This document shows positions 1 through 11,920 of a stretch of 64,000 nucleotides of DNA, one piece after another (position 1 is the first letter of the stretch; the number at the start of each line of letters is the position of its first letter). The notes under the pieces were generated by a model. The model did no database searches. It had not been told where the DNA came from and was given only the letters and a program-made list of their open reading frames with translations. The stretch spans positions 75,794,513 through 75,858,512 of the forward strand of contig NC_090379.1 of NCBI RefSeq assembly GCF_036365525.1, read 5' to 3'. This stretch comes from Heterodontus francisci (taxonomy: Eukaryota). The translations under genes and the position numbers were made by a program.

Positions 1-1129
1 ATGCTTTCTTGTCTCTGCTTGAGGCTGAGATGCCTATGGAGGTCATCCTCATCGTGGAGGTGCCAGTGGGGGCATCTCCTGAGGCTGCTGCACTGGCATC
101 AATGCAGAGGCGGCCTCCGTCACAGAGCCCTGCTAAATAGATGGTCCCTCAGTCAGAGGACCAAGGAGACCGATGATGATGGCGCCCCATGAGGGGAGGT
201 TCCCTTATCCTCATCGGTGACTGCCGCCACCTTTTGATGTTGCTTGAATCACTGGAGGGGACCACCACCATCTGGGGTGCAACTGGCATCCACTCCCTGC
301 ATATTCGCACCATCAGCACCACTGACAGCTCAATGATACAGAACTTTGCATGCATTCAGTGCATGTTAGCATCTACGCAGGGTGCTGTTGCATGTGACTG
401 TCTATGAGGTTGGCCACTCTCTCATTGGAGGAGCTCATGTGTTCAAAACACTGAGCCATAGCAGTGCACATGAGCTGAATGGACTTCTCTATTCTCAGCC
501 CATGACTCTGCACTGCCTCAGGAAACTCCAACCATATGGGCATGCACCTCATACTGCTGGTCAAAGTAGAGCCACCTTGCTTGTGAATCCTGAGGCTAAT
601 CACCTGCGCCCAGCTAAGCATGTCTGCATCTGTTATCCATCCTCCGAGGAGATTGAGGAGGATTGCCCACAGCTACTTCTGCCTCACTCACTTCCTCCTG
701 CTTACTTGTGATGTGCTCCACCCCGTTCCTCCCTTTCTAATTGCGCTTGAGTACCCATCAATGTGAATGTACCTGCGTTGGTGGAGGGTGAGCTTGTATG
801 ATGTGACGGTGCTGGCTCTGTGGTTTCCATCTCCTCTGAGGACCCCGGTGATGTCACTGTGCCATTGGCATCCTGCCCCTCCACAACTGGCCCTGTGAAG
901 GACATAAGAAGGAGATCATGAGAACTTGCCTGTGACAGCAGATGCCTCTGCAGAGCTGAGCCTTCCCAATGCAGCTGAGGTTTTGGCATGCTGTCACACA
1001 GAGAGGACTACATTCCATTCCCTTCATCTACAGAATTCAATATCTTTTCACTTTCTCATCCAGGTATTCCCATCTCTCCATCACCCAATTCCTCATGCAA
1101 CAAGACCCTTGCAATGTCAAGTGCCGCTC

Positions 1130-1512
1130 CTTCCATTCAAGAGAAGGCTGAGGGGGGATCTGATTGAGGTATACAAAATTATGAGGGGCATTTATAGGAT
1201 AGATAGGAAGAAACTTTTTTCCTTGAGGAGGGGTCAATAACCAGGGGGCATAGATTTAAGGTAAGGGGCAGGAGGTTTAGAGGAGATTTGAGAAAAATAT
1301 TTTCACCTAGAGGGTGGTTGGAATCTGGAATGCACTGCCTGAAGGGGTGGTAGAGGCAGGAAACATCATAACATTTAAGAAGTATTTAGATGAGCACTTG
1401 AAACGCCATAGCATACAAGGCTACGGGCCAAGTGCTGGAAAATGGGATTAGAACAGATAGGTGCTTAATGATCAGCACAGACACAAACAGTATAACTCTG
1501 TGACTCTATGAC
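1130..1512 (+). mobile_element. CR1 LINE 3' end
   Basis: [17 protein letters not shown]-terminal ORF2 motif, 3' UTR and short-repeat tail (actctgtgactctatgact). Confidence 0.85.
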
Positions 1513-1514
1513 TA

Positions 1515-1820
1515 ACATTTTGTGAATCATGTACAAGGACACCCAGATCTCTCTGTAGCACAGCATCCTGCAGTCTCTCTCCATGTAAATAATATCTGCT
1601 TTTCTATTCTTCCTGCCAACGTGGACAACATCACATTTTCCCGCATTATACTCATTCTGCCAAATTTTTGCCCACTCACTTAACCTATCTATATCCCTTT
1701 GCAGACTCTTTGTATCCTCCTTACAACATGCTTTCCGACTTGTCATTGTATCATCCATAAATTTGGCCACAATACACTCGGCCTCTTCATCCAAGTCACT
1801 AATATAGATCATAAATAGTT
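1515..1820 (-). mobile_element. CR1 LINE RT fragment
   Basis: ORF 1465-1881 contains IYISDLDE..VAKFMDDT..LQRDIDRLSEWAKIWQ. Confidence 0.85.
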
Positions 1821-2047
1821 GAACCCTCTTCTCCTGCAAGGACAAAAGAGAGAGAGATAAGACAATGGTGGCCTCTCTCACTAATTCCAGCAGTTCATTT
1901 AAATGAGATGCTGCATTTATCAGTGCTGCCAGCTCCTCAGTAGCACTAGGGATTTATTTTGCACCTTACTCACATGTCAATAATTATCCTGGGCACACAT
2001 TTCCCCCATGCCCCATGTTCAGGAGCACTACGTGCCCTCAGGGTGCT

Positions 2048-2178
2048 CAGAATCACAGAATAATACAGCGCAGAAGAGGCCCTTCGGCCCATCGAGTCTG
2101 CACCGATGCATTAAAGACACCTAACCTGTCTACCTAATCCCATTTGCCAGCACTTGGCCCATAGCCTTGAATGTTGTG
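2048..2178 (-). mobile_element. CR1 3' tail fragment
   Basis: cagaatcacagaat..aggcccttcggcccatcgagtctgc is the reverse complement of the CR1 terminal stem-loop and repeat tail. Confidence 0.7.
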
Positions 2179-2789
2179 ATGTCTGCTGGCGTGTCTGCTA
2201 ATGGCTGCAGACCTGGTGGCCTGTCATCTGGGTGTCATGCTGCACTCACTTTACCAGAATAAAGGAGGTCATTGAACATCTTACAGCACTGCACCCACGT
2301 TCTCTTCACAATGAAGTGGCTGTTCATTTGCTTTTCCACCTCCAGTCAGGCCAGCTTAGTCTGGCTGAGTAGCCTTCTCCTGTCAGTCTCTGGGTACAAG
2401 ATACATCGATTATCCACCTCCAGCATCACCTTAAGGGATGAATCACTGAACCTTGGGGCTGCCCTGCCACGGGTGTTGGCCTTTGCCTTTCCTGCTCTTC
2501 GCTTTTCCCAGCCATAGCATTTCAATTAGCCAGCCATAATAAACCAGGCCCGCACTTTCAGCCTCCCACCTCCTTCCCATGCCCACCGCCCCTAATTGGC
2601 TGCCTAATCTACCCTCCAGACAATTAGGAACAACATCTGGAAAAATTGCATCCTGTGACTGCTTCCCCCTTGGAGCGGAATGGGGTCCCAGAAATGGTGC
2701 CAACATTGGGGTCACAACTCCAAAAGGAAAAACCAGCTAACTATTATCCTCGCAGAAATATAGACTTTTTTGGGTGCCAACCTCAGCTC

Positions 2790-3040
2790 AGTAAAAACAC
2801 TTTTGCCTCTGAGTTGAAAGGTCACGGGTTCAAGCCCTAGCCTACCATCTCAGATGGATGTTATCGTTTGAAGAGCAGGGAATTTGTTTTGTTGTTCTGG
2901 CCAGCATTCATCCCTCAACGAACATCACTAAAACAGATAATCTGTTTATTTATCTTCTTGCTGTTTGTGTGACCTTTTACAGTACTTATGTTATAACAGT
3001 GACTACATTTCAAAAATACATCTCGGTTGTGAACACAATG
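2790..3040 (+). mobile_element. Degraded tRNA/Deu-domain SINE (SacSINE1-like)
   Basis: B-box gggttcaagcc, gaagagcaggga, atccctcaacgaacatcac and acagtgactaca motifs, all shared with the better copy at 26472-26885. Confidence 0.6.
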
Positions 3041-3061
3041 GTCATTTCCAATAGGTACAAT

Positions 3062-3846
3062 GGGCTGATTTTTATCTGCCCCTTGACGCCATGGGTTTTG
3101 GTGGGGAGGCCCATAAAATGCTAGGGGGAGCAGCAAGCCATGACCCATGTCACCAAGAAGGCCCCGCCGGATATTAGTGGCAACGGCAAGGTCTTGGTGC
3201 GGCACCCCCGCCGCCAAGCGGCAGGTCCTTCATTAAAATATTGAAATGAGCCACATTAAAATGCAAATGAACTTACCTGCTGCCACTGGCTATCCCACGC
3301 CGATTTTACAGCCAACCGGCCACAATTTGCACGCCTGTGGAACTACGTTGGAGTTCCAAGGCAAGACACTGGTGGGGAGGGGGAAGGAATAAAATTATCA
3401 GGGAGATGGGGGGATGGTGAAAAGGGGTTGAGGGTCAAAGATACTGAAGATCGTGGGGGGAAAGTTCAGAATTTCAAAAAGTGTATTTTTGGGGGCGAGG
3501 TCAATTTATGTGTTTAGGACTCAGTGTGGGGAGTGGGATAGGGGAGTCAATGTTACATTAAATGTTTATTAATTTTTTTAAGCTCACCGGCACCTTTAAA
3601 TATTTAAATATATCCTGAAGGGCTTGAAGCCCTTTAAAAATGGCGCCAGCGCCTGCACAGTGGCTCAAGACACCATTGCTGGGGACACGGCAGCTGCCCC
3701 CTCTATGTCACCAGGGGCGGCCATTCTGCCCCCTCCATTTAAATCAGCCCCTGTGCCTAATATCGCGGGGGCTTTGCAGCTGCACCTCCATGGCAGAAGG
3801 CTGCTGCTTTCACAGCACACCATGATGCACTGGTAAAATCCAGCCC
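3062..3846. mobile_element. Non-autonomous Harbinger-type DNA transposon (MITE)
   Basis: TIRs GGGCTGATTTTTA and TAAAATCCAGCCC; 3-bp TSD AAT at 3059-3061 and 3847-3849. Confidence 0.85.
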
Positions 3847-3939
3847 AATGTACTTGATGCCTGACAGGATAAGGAGAAAGACTGTGGAGAGGACAGCCGC
3901 AATGCTATCATGTAGCAGATAGCTATCTAAAGAGGATAG

Positions 3940-5575
3940 GAGCAGAAAATAAACATAGTAGTTATAGGGGATTCAATAATTAGGGGGATAGATAGCATCC
4001 TCTGTAGCCACAATTGAGAATCCTGAAGATTGAGATGCCTACCTGGTGCCAGGGTAAGGGATATCTCAATGCAGCTGGAAAGTTACTTGGAAATGGATGG
4101 AAAGATCCAGTTTCATTATCCATGTTGGGAAGAATAGGGAGAAGTTCCTGATGAAGGAGTATCAGGAGTCTGGAGCTAAACTGAAAAGCGGATCCTCAAG
4201 GGCGGTAAGCTCAGTGTTTTTGGCCATGCTAACTGTCATAGTGACAACCAGATCAGGCAGATAAACACATGGCTAAAGGAGTGGTGTGGAAAGGAAGGAT
4301 TCCATTTCACAGCCACGTGGAAGTATGATGTTGTGACAATAACGGAGACCTGGCTCAAAAAAGGGCAGGCTGGGTACTAAGTATTCCTGGATACAAGGCT
4401 TTCGGGAAAGAAAGGGAAGGAAAGAAAGGAGGAGGGATGGTAATATTGATTTAGGATAATATTACAGTTCTGGAGAGAGAGGATGTCCTAGAGAAGTCAA
4501 GGACTGAATCTATTTGGCTAGAGACAAGAAACAATAGAGGTACCAATACACTACGAAGTGTATTGTATAGGCTTCCAACCAGTGGAAAATATATAAAGGA
4601 ACAAATTTGCAAGGAAATTACAGAGAGGGGCAAAAACTATCGAGTAATTATAATTGGGGACTTTATCCTGGTATCGACTGGGATAGTAATAGTGTAAAGG
4701 TTAGAAAGGAGGAGGAATCTCTAAAGTGTGTTTTGGAGAATTTTCTAGATCAGTGTGTTTCCATTCCAATAAAGAAGTAGGCATAGTTGGATCTGGTTCG
4801 AGAGAATGAGGTGGGACAAGCGGATCGAGTGTCAGTAAGAGAACATTTAGGGGACAGTGATCATAGTATCGTAAGGTTTATGTTATTTATAGAAAAGGAC
4901 AAATAGCAATCCAGGGTAAAAATAATGAATTTGGGGAGGGCCAATTTAAATGGCGTGAGAAGGGATATGGCCGAGGTAAATTGCAATCAAATTTTGGCAG
5001 ACAAAACTGGAAGTGATCAATGGACAGCCTTTAAAGAGGCGCTAGCTCAGGTCCAGTCAAGGTAACATTCCCACAAGAGGGATAGGTAGGACAAATAAAG
5101 CCAGAGCTCCCTGAATGAAGAAAGTGATAGGGAGTAAGATGAAGCAGAAAAAGGGTGTGTATGACAGATGACAGATGTCAGGTTGATAATTCAAGTGAGA
5201 ACCAGGCTGAATATAAAAAGTTCAGAGAAGTAGTGAAGGAAGAAATAAGAGCAGCAAAGAGAGGACATGAGAAGAGACTGACAGCCAAAATAAAAGGGAA
5301 TACAAAAGATTTCTATCGACATATAAATAGTAAATGTGTGGTAAAAAGTGGATTAGGGGCATTTAGGGACCAAAAAGAGGATTTACGCATGGAGGCAGAG
5401 GGCATGGCTCAAGTATTAAATGATTACTTTGTATCTGTCTTTACCCCGGAGGAAGATACTGCCAAAGTTGTAGTGAAAGAGGAGATAGTTGATACGCTGG
5501 ATGGGCTAAAAACTGATAAAGAGGAGGTATTAGATAGGCTGGCTGTACTTAAAGTTAATAAGTCACCAGGACCGG
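3940..5575 (+). mobile_element. Decayed CR1 LINE: ORF1 esterase remnant, internal deletion, APE endonuclease and linker, 3' truncated
   Basis: VVIGDSIIRG-like ORF1 motif near 3960, ITETWL near 4340, and ORF 5155-5589 ending at KSPGP. Confidence 0.8.
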
Positions 5576-5990
5576 TGGCACAATTTTAATCTTTCCAATT
5601 TGATGATGTTTTAATGTAAGCACAATTTGTTGTTATCAATTATCTAATCAATCAGGATCAACTGCAACCAATATGTTGGGTATGTTGAGTTTAATCAGAG
5701 TTTAAGATGGGCTTTAACACACTTGTTATGTAGCAAAGACGTATGACCATGACAAGTAATGAGTACCAGTCCAGGTCAGGCGGGACAGCTGGCATGCGTG
5801 AACAGTTCTTTCTTACTTCTTTATCTTTTCTTCTTGGTGCTTCACATCTTCATGAATTCTCAATGAACCAAGAGTGTTAGCATGGATTTACCCTGAGGAG
5901 TTTCTCTCCACCACTTACTGCACTGAGGCCTCCCAAAGTCTCTTACTTTATACAGTTTTTCAGGGGTGTACCTGGATGGATTATGGACAG

Positions 5991-8900
5991 TGTTATGACC
6001 AAGGCGGGAGTAATGCACTGTGAATTCAGTCCCACTCCACAGGCCATAGCATATCAATAAAGCTTCCCACCTACTGAAGAATAGCCAAATTAAACACTGT
6101 ATTTTTCCCCCAGAATAAAGCACACCAATCCAGTTTTCTTTAAACAATAACATTAACTATTTATCAGAAAAGAAATAATAGGTCTTAACTACTAATGAGA
6201 TAAATCTATATGAAAAATGCATTATTTCCTTAACCCTCATGCACACTCATACATTCAAAAAAAAAACTGGGGAAGTAGGATTTTTTGGTTTACAGCTATT
6301 TCTTAGGAATAGAAGGAATAATAAAAAATAATTGAGTTTATCACGCTCTGGTAGGATGTTTTTGGTACAGTGAGGTGTCCCAGAGTCGAATTATCAGATG
6401 GCACTCACATTCTCTCCAGGCATGGTTGATGAACAGTCTGTGATGGGTAGGCATTACGGCAATTTAACTGCAGCAGGCGTCACATAGGTCTTCCACCGGG
6501 GTGTAGCAACAGGTCTGCTTAGGTCAGCAGCAGTCTAGCAGTAGAAGATTGCAGGATTTCTTAGAATACAGGAGGCAGCAGGAATCTTACTGGATGCAGA
6601 AATTCTTCAGAGACTGGAGGCAACAAGAATCTGCCACCTTTCAAATGCAGGATTCCTTTTCAAGAGATGCAAGTCTCCTTTCCAGAGAGATAACACTTTT
6701 CTGGGTCTTTCTCTCTTGCTCCAGGCAGGTCAAAGCAAAGATTTCAAATGCCTGCCCTTTGTCCAATTCACAGGCTTTTTAAAGGGTCCAAGGTAAAAAA
6801 GAACATTCTTGAACATGGTCACATGTCCAGACACAGAGTCTCCCCCGTTACTCAAAAGCTGCTCTGAAAAAAGGTCAAATCTTTGTGGTTTCCTTGAAAT
6901 TGCTGGTTTTCCTGTCCTTGTACGAGTTCAGCTTCCTTTCATGGAGTGTGGTTAATAGGACTGGGGAGGTACAGGTGCAGATTGCCCTGCGAAATACGAT
7001 GTTGTGGCAATAACAGAGACCTGGCTCAAAGAAGGGCAGGACTGGGTGTTAAATATTCCTGGATACAAGGTGTTCAGGAAAGATAGGAAAGAGAAAGAAG
7101 GGGTGGCGGTATTGATTAAGGAGAGCATTGCAATGCTGGAGAAAAAAGATGTCCCAGAGGGGTCAAAGACAGAATCAATTTGGCTAGAGCATAGGAACAA
7201 AAAAGGTGCGCTTACATTGCCCGGTGTTGTCTATAGGCCACCAGCTATTGGGAAGGATGTGGAGTAACAAATTTGCCAGGAAATTACAGAGGTGCAAAAA
7301 TTATAGGGTAATTATAACGGGGGACTTTAGTTATCCAAACATATACTGGGATAATAGTAGTGTAAAGGGTAGTGAGGGGCAAGAGTTCCTAGAGTGTGTT
7401 CAGGAAAATTTTCTGCAACAGTATGTTGCTAGTTCAACAAGAAAGGAGGCATTGCTAGACCTGGTTCTTGGAAATGAGGTGGGCCAAGTGGATCAGGTAC
7501 CAGTAGGGGAGCATTTCGTGGGTAGTGATCATTGTATCATAAGGTTTAGGCTGACTATGGAAAATGACAACTTCAATGAGATAAGAATGGAGCTGGGGTG
7601 AATAAATTGGAGTCAAAAGCTGGTAGGAAAACCGTAGATAAACAATGGGCTACCTTCAAAGAAAAGATAGTTCAGGCACAGTTAAGGTATGTTCCCTCGA
7701 AGGGGAAAAGTAGGGCAAACAAATCCAGAGCTCCCTGGATGACAAAAGAGGTAGAGATTAAGATAAAAAAGAAAAAGTATGCTTATGACAGATGCCAGGT
7801 AGAAAATACTATTGAGAACCAGGCTGAATATAAAAGGTCCAGAAGGGAAGTGAAAAAGCAAATAAGAGAAGCAAAGAGAGAGAATGAAAAGAGACTGGCA
7901 GCCAGCCTTAAGGGAAATCCCAACGTTTTCTATTGGCATATAAATAGTAAGAGGGTGGTAAAAGGAGGAGTGGAGCCGATTAGGGACCAGAAAGGAGATT
8001 TACACATAGAGGCAGAGGGCATAACTGAGGTATAAATGAATACTTTGCATCTGTCTTTTCCAAGGAAGAAAATGAAACCCAGGCAATGTTGAAAGAGGAG
8101 GTAAGACTGACACTAGAGGAGTTTAAAATTGATAAAGAGGAAGTATTAGATAGGCTGTCTGTACTTAAAGTGGATAAAACACCAGGACCGGATAAAATGC
8201 ATCCAAGGATACTGAGGGAAATGAGGGTGGAAATCGCTGAGGCACTGTCCATAATTTTTCAGTCTTCCTTAGACTCTGGGGTGGTGCCAGAGGACTGGAG
8301 AATTGCAAACATTACACCCTTGTTCAAAAAAGGGGGTGAAGATAAGCCCAGCAATTACAAGCCAGTCAGTTTAACTTTGGTGGTGGGAAAACTTCTTAAA
8401 AAATTAATTCAGGACAAAATCAATAGTCAAGTGGACAAATGCGAGTTAATTAAAGAAAGCCAGCATGGATTTCTTGAGGGAAAATCATGTTTAACTAACT
8501 TGCTGGAGTTTTTTGAGGAGATAACAGTAGGGGTTGATGAGGGCAATGCTGTTGATATGGTGTACATGGACTTTCAAAAGGCATTTGGTACAATGCCACA
8601 CAACAGACGTGTGAGCAACCTTGTAGTTCATGGAATAAAAGAGATGGTAGCAACATGGATATGAAATTGGCTGAATGACATGAAACAAAGAGTAGTAGTT
8701 CATGGCTGTTTCTCGGGCTGGAGGAAGGTTTGTAGTGGAGTTCCCCAGGGATCAGTGTTGGGACCCTTGCCTTTCTTGATATATATTAGTGACCTAGACC
8801 TTGGTGTACAATTGCAAAGTTTGCAGGTGATAGGAAACTTGGAAGCATTGTGAACTGTGAGGGGAATAGTGTAGAACTTCAAAAGGATATAGTTGGTGGA

Positions 8901-9897
8901 ATGGGCAGACAGGTGGCAGATGAAGTTTAATGCAAAGAAATGTGAAGTGATTCATTTTATAGGAAGAACATGGAGAGACAAGATAGAATAAAGGGTACAA
9001 TTCTAAAGGGGGTGCAGGAGCAGAGGGACCTAAGTGTATATGTGCAAAGTCATTGAAGGTGGCAAGACGGGTTGAGAGAGCTGCTAATAAAGCATACAGT
9101 ATCCTAGGCTTTATTAATAGGGGCATAGAGTACAAGCGCAAGGAAGGCATATTGAACTTGTATAAGACACTAGTTCGGCCTCAGCTGGAGTATTGTGTCC
9201 AGTATTGGGTGCCACACTTTAGGAAAGACATGAGGGCATTGGAGAGAGTACAGAAAAGATTCACAAGAATGGTTCCGGGGTGAGGAATTTCAGTTATGAA
9301 GACAGATTGGAGAAGTTAGTACTGTTTTCCTTGGAGAAGAGAAGGCTGAGAGGTGATTTGATAGAGGTATTCAAAATCATGAGGGGTCTGGACAGAGTAG
9401 ATAGAGAGAAAGTGTTCCTACTCATGAAAGGTTCGAGAATGAAAGGGCACAGATTTAAAGTATTTGGTAAGGCGAGCAAAAGTGACATGCAGAAAAACTT
9501 TTTCACGCAGCGAGTGGTTAAGGTCTGGAATGCACCGCCTGAGAACGTGATGGAGGCAGGTTCAATTGAAGCATTCAAAAGGGAATTAGACAGTTATATG
9601 ACAAGAAAGAACATGCAGGATTATGGGGAGAAGGCAGGGGAATGGAACTGAGGGAATTTCTCTTTTGGAGAGCCAGTGCGGACACAATGGGCCAAATGGC
9701 CTCCTTCTGCACTTTAACGATTCTGTGATTCAAAGCACCCATAAAGTTCAACTTTTGTTATGACTTTCTTTCAAAACATTGCAGGAATTCCAACTATTTG
9801 CAGGTTTCTGTCCACTGAGCAAAAAAAATCCTTTTCTCAGTTTTTTTAAACACACAGAATTCTAACTTTTCTTTTTAAAAGCAAAACACTTGTAACA
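5991..9897. mobile_element. Solo LTR (Gypsy-like), interrupted by a CR1
   Basis: Termini TGTTA..TAACA; 4-bp TSD ACAG at 5987-5990 and 9898-9901. Its left end is reverse-complementary to the LTR ends at 49523 and 56345. Confidence 0.8.
6945..9731 (+). mobile_element. CR1 LINE, near-complete decayed ORF2 (APE-RT) plus 3' UTR
   Basis: Consecutive ORFs 7004-9651 carry AITETWL, GDFSYP, SDH, QHGF, VYMDFQKAF, QGSVLGP and RRLRGDLIEVFK; tail gattctgtgattc. Confidence 0.95.
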
Positions 9898-10468
9898 ACA
9901 GACTTTATTGCCCTATAAAGATTTTCTTTAGTACAAACTGTCCAATAATATACTGAGATTTAAAAAATCTAAACCATTGGTAAAAGCCCACTCGAATGTT
10001 ATCTACCTACCATTAGCTTCTTGAGCCTTGGCACATATCTTCTGTCCTTGATCAACCAGGCCTTTACATCACCTTTCCTCATCTCACCATAGGCTGTTCC
10101 CCATGTCTATTTTATAACTCCTTTCCATCTCATTTCTGTCCTTCAACTAACTTGCAGGGGCTCCATTGTTCAGGATATCAGTTATTTATGCCCAAAGCTG
10201 CTCATAAGACCTGTTAATGAGTTGTTCATAACATCTATCCTGTCTAAGTGGTCTTATTCCTTATTAGACTATTGAACCAGTGGGTTGTCCACCAAAGTAA
10301 CTCCTATTCTACTCCTACATAACAATTAAGTTTCACATTCCAGCAAAAATATTAATTAAGCAAGGTTAAGTGGAAAGCCTAACACAGCTTTGTAATATGG
10401 TTATCTATTTATGCATTTACTCAGCTGTGGCCCCTTTTCAAGCTAACTACCGTTACCTACAAATAATT

Positions 10469-10862
10469 GGCACAGTGGTGCAGTGGTTAGCACTGCAGCC
10501 TCACAGCTCCAGCGACCCAGGTTCAGTTCTGGGTACTGCCTGTGTGGAGTTTGTAAGTTCTCCCTGTGACTGTGTGGGTTTCTACTGGGTGATCTGGTTT
10601 CCTCCCACAGCCAAAGACTTGCAGGTTGATAGGTAAATTGGCCATTATAAATTGTCCCTAGTGTAGGTAGATGGCAGGAGAATTGTGGGGATGTGGAAGG
10701 GAATAATGTCTTTCTTTGTCTTTGGCCTCCTTGTCTTGAGAGACAATGGGTAAGCGCCTGGAGGTGGTCAGTGGTTTGTGAAGCAGGATTAGCATAAATG
10801 GGTGGTTGATGGTCAGCACAGAGTCAGTGGGCCTGAGGGCCTGTTTCAGTGCTGTATGACTC
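10469..10862 (+). mobile_element. HE1-type V-SINE (tRNA head, CR1-derived tail)
   Basis: A-box tggtgcagtgg, B-box-like ggttcagttc, V-domain tgtgtgggtttc..ggtttcctcccacagccaaagac, and tail gggcctgtttcagtgctgtatgactc. Confidence 0.85.
10709..10786 (-). mobile_element. ~80-bp RTE 3'-end fragment nested in the HE1 SINE
   Basis: Aligns with 27016-27089, the RTE 3' UTR and tail: ggcctccttgtcttgagagacaatgg..gtggtcagtggtttgtgaagcag. Confidence 0.85.
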
Positions 10863-11920
10863 GATAAATAATATTCCACTAGTTTGGTTCAAGAGAAACA
10901 AACCCTTAAGCAGTTTCCAGTAAAACAAAACTGACAGTACTAACTTATTATTTTACCTATTTCAGGCTGACTACTGAATATATGTTAATTTTAAGCATAT
11001 TTCTAATTTCTAACACCGGATTGGATCAGATGCATCCAAGGTTCCTTGGGAAGTAAGGGAAGAAATTGTGAAAGGTAGTGGCCATAATCTTCCAATCCTT
11101 CTCAGATATAGGGTTGGTGCCAGAGGACTGGAAAATTGCAAATAATACACCCTTGTTCAAAAAAATGTGTAAGCATAAATCCAGCAATTACAGGCTAGTC
11201 AGTTTAACCTCGGTGGTGGAAAATCTTTTAGAAACAATAACTTTGGACAAAATTACAGTCACTTGGACAAAAGTGGAATAATTAAGGAAAGCCAGCACAG
11301 ATTTGTTAAGGTCAAATTGTGTTTAAATAACTTGATTAAGTTTTTCAATGAAGTAACAGCAATGATTGATGAGGGTAATGCAGTTGATGTGGTATCTATG
11401 GGCTTTCACAAGGTGTTTGATAAAGTGCCACATAACAGGCTTGTAAGCAAATTTAAAGCCCATGCAATAACAGTGACAACCTGGATATGAAGTTGGCTGA
11501 GTGACAAGAAACAGAGTGTAGTGATAAATTGTTGTTTTTTGGACTGGAGCAAAGTATATAGGGGTTCCCCAGGGGTCAGTAATAGGATCACTGCTTTACT
11601 TGATATATATTAATGACCTAGATTTGGATATGCAGGGCACAATTTCAAAATTTGCAGATGACACAAAACTTGAAAGTATTGTTAACAGTGAAGAGAATAA
11701 TGACTTCAGGAGGACATAGACTGGCTGGTGGAATGGGCAGACACATGGCAGTTGAAATTTAATGCAGAGAAGTGTGAAGTGAAACATTTTGGTAGGAAGA
11801 ATGAAGCAAGGAAATAAAAAATAAAGGATACAATTCTAAAGGGGGTGCAGGAGCAGAAGAACCTGGGGTATATGTGCACAAATCATAGAAGGTGGCAGGG
11901 CAGGTTGAGGTAGTGGTTAC

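Larger units (their letters stand above)
1..2515 (-). pseudogene. Decayed intron-containing Myb/SANT-like (MSANTD-type) DNA-binding gene of a Harbinger/PIF transposon
   Basis: Minus strand 2250-2470 translates GRAAPRFSDSSLKVMLEV..ILYPETDRRRLLSQTKLA*LEVEKQMNSHFIVKRTWVQCCKMFNDL, the Myb/SANT-like signature. It is followed by a GTGAGT donor (2244-2249), an acceptor ttgtccttgcag before EKRVQ (1833), and an acceptor before 892 leading to a Ser/Thr/Glu-rich tail (ORF 702-989). Contains stops and frameshifts and is interrupted by CR1 pieces. Confidence 0.75.
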
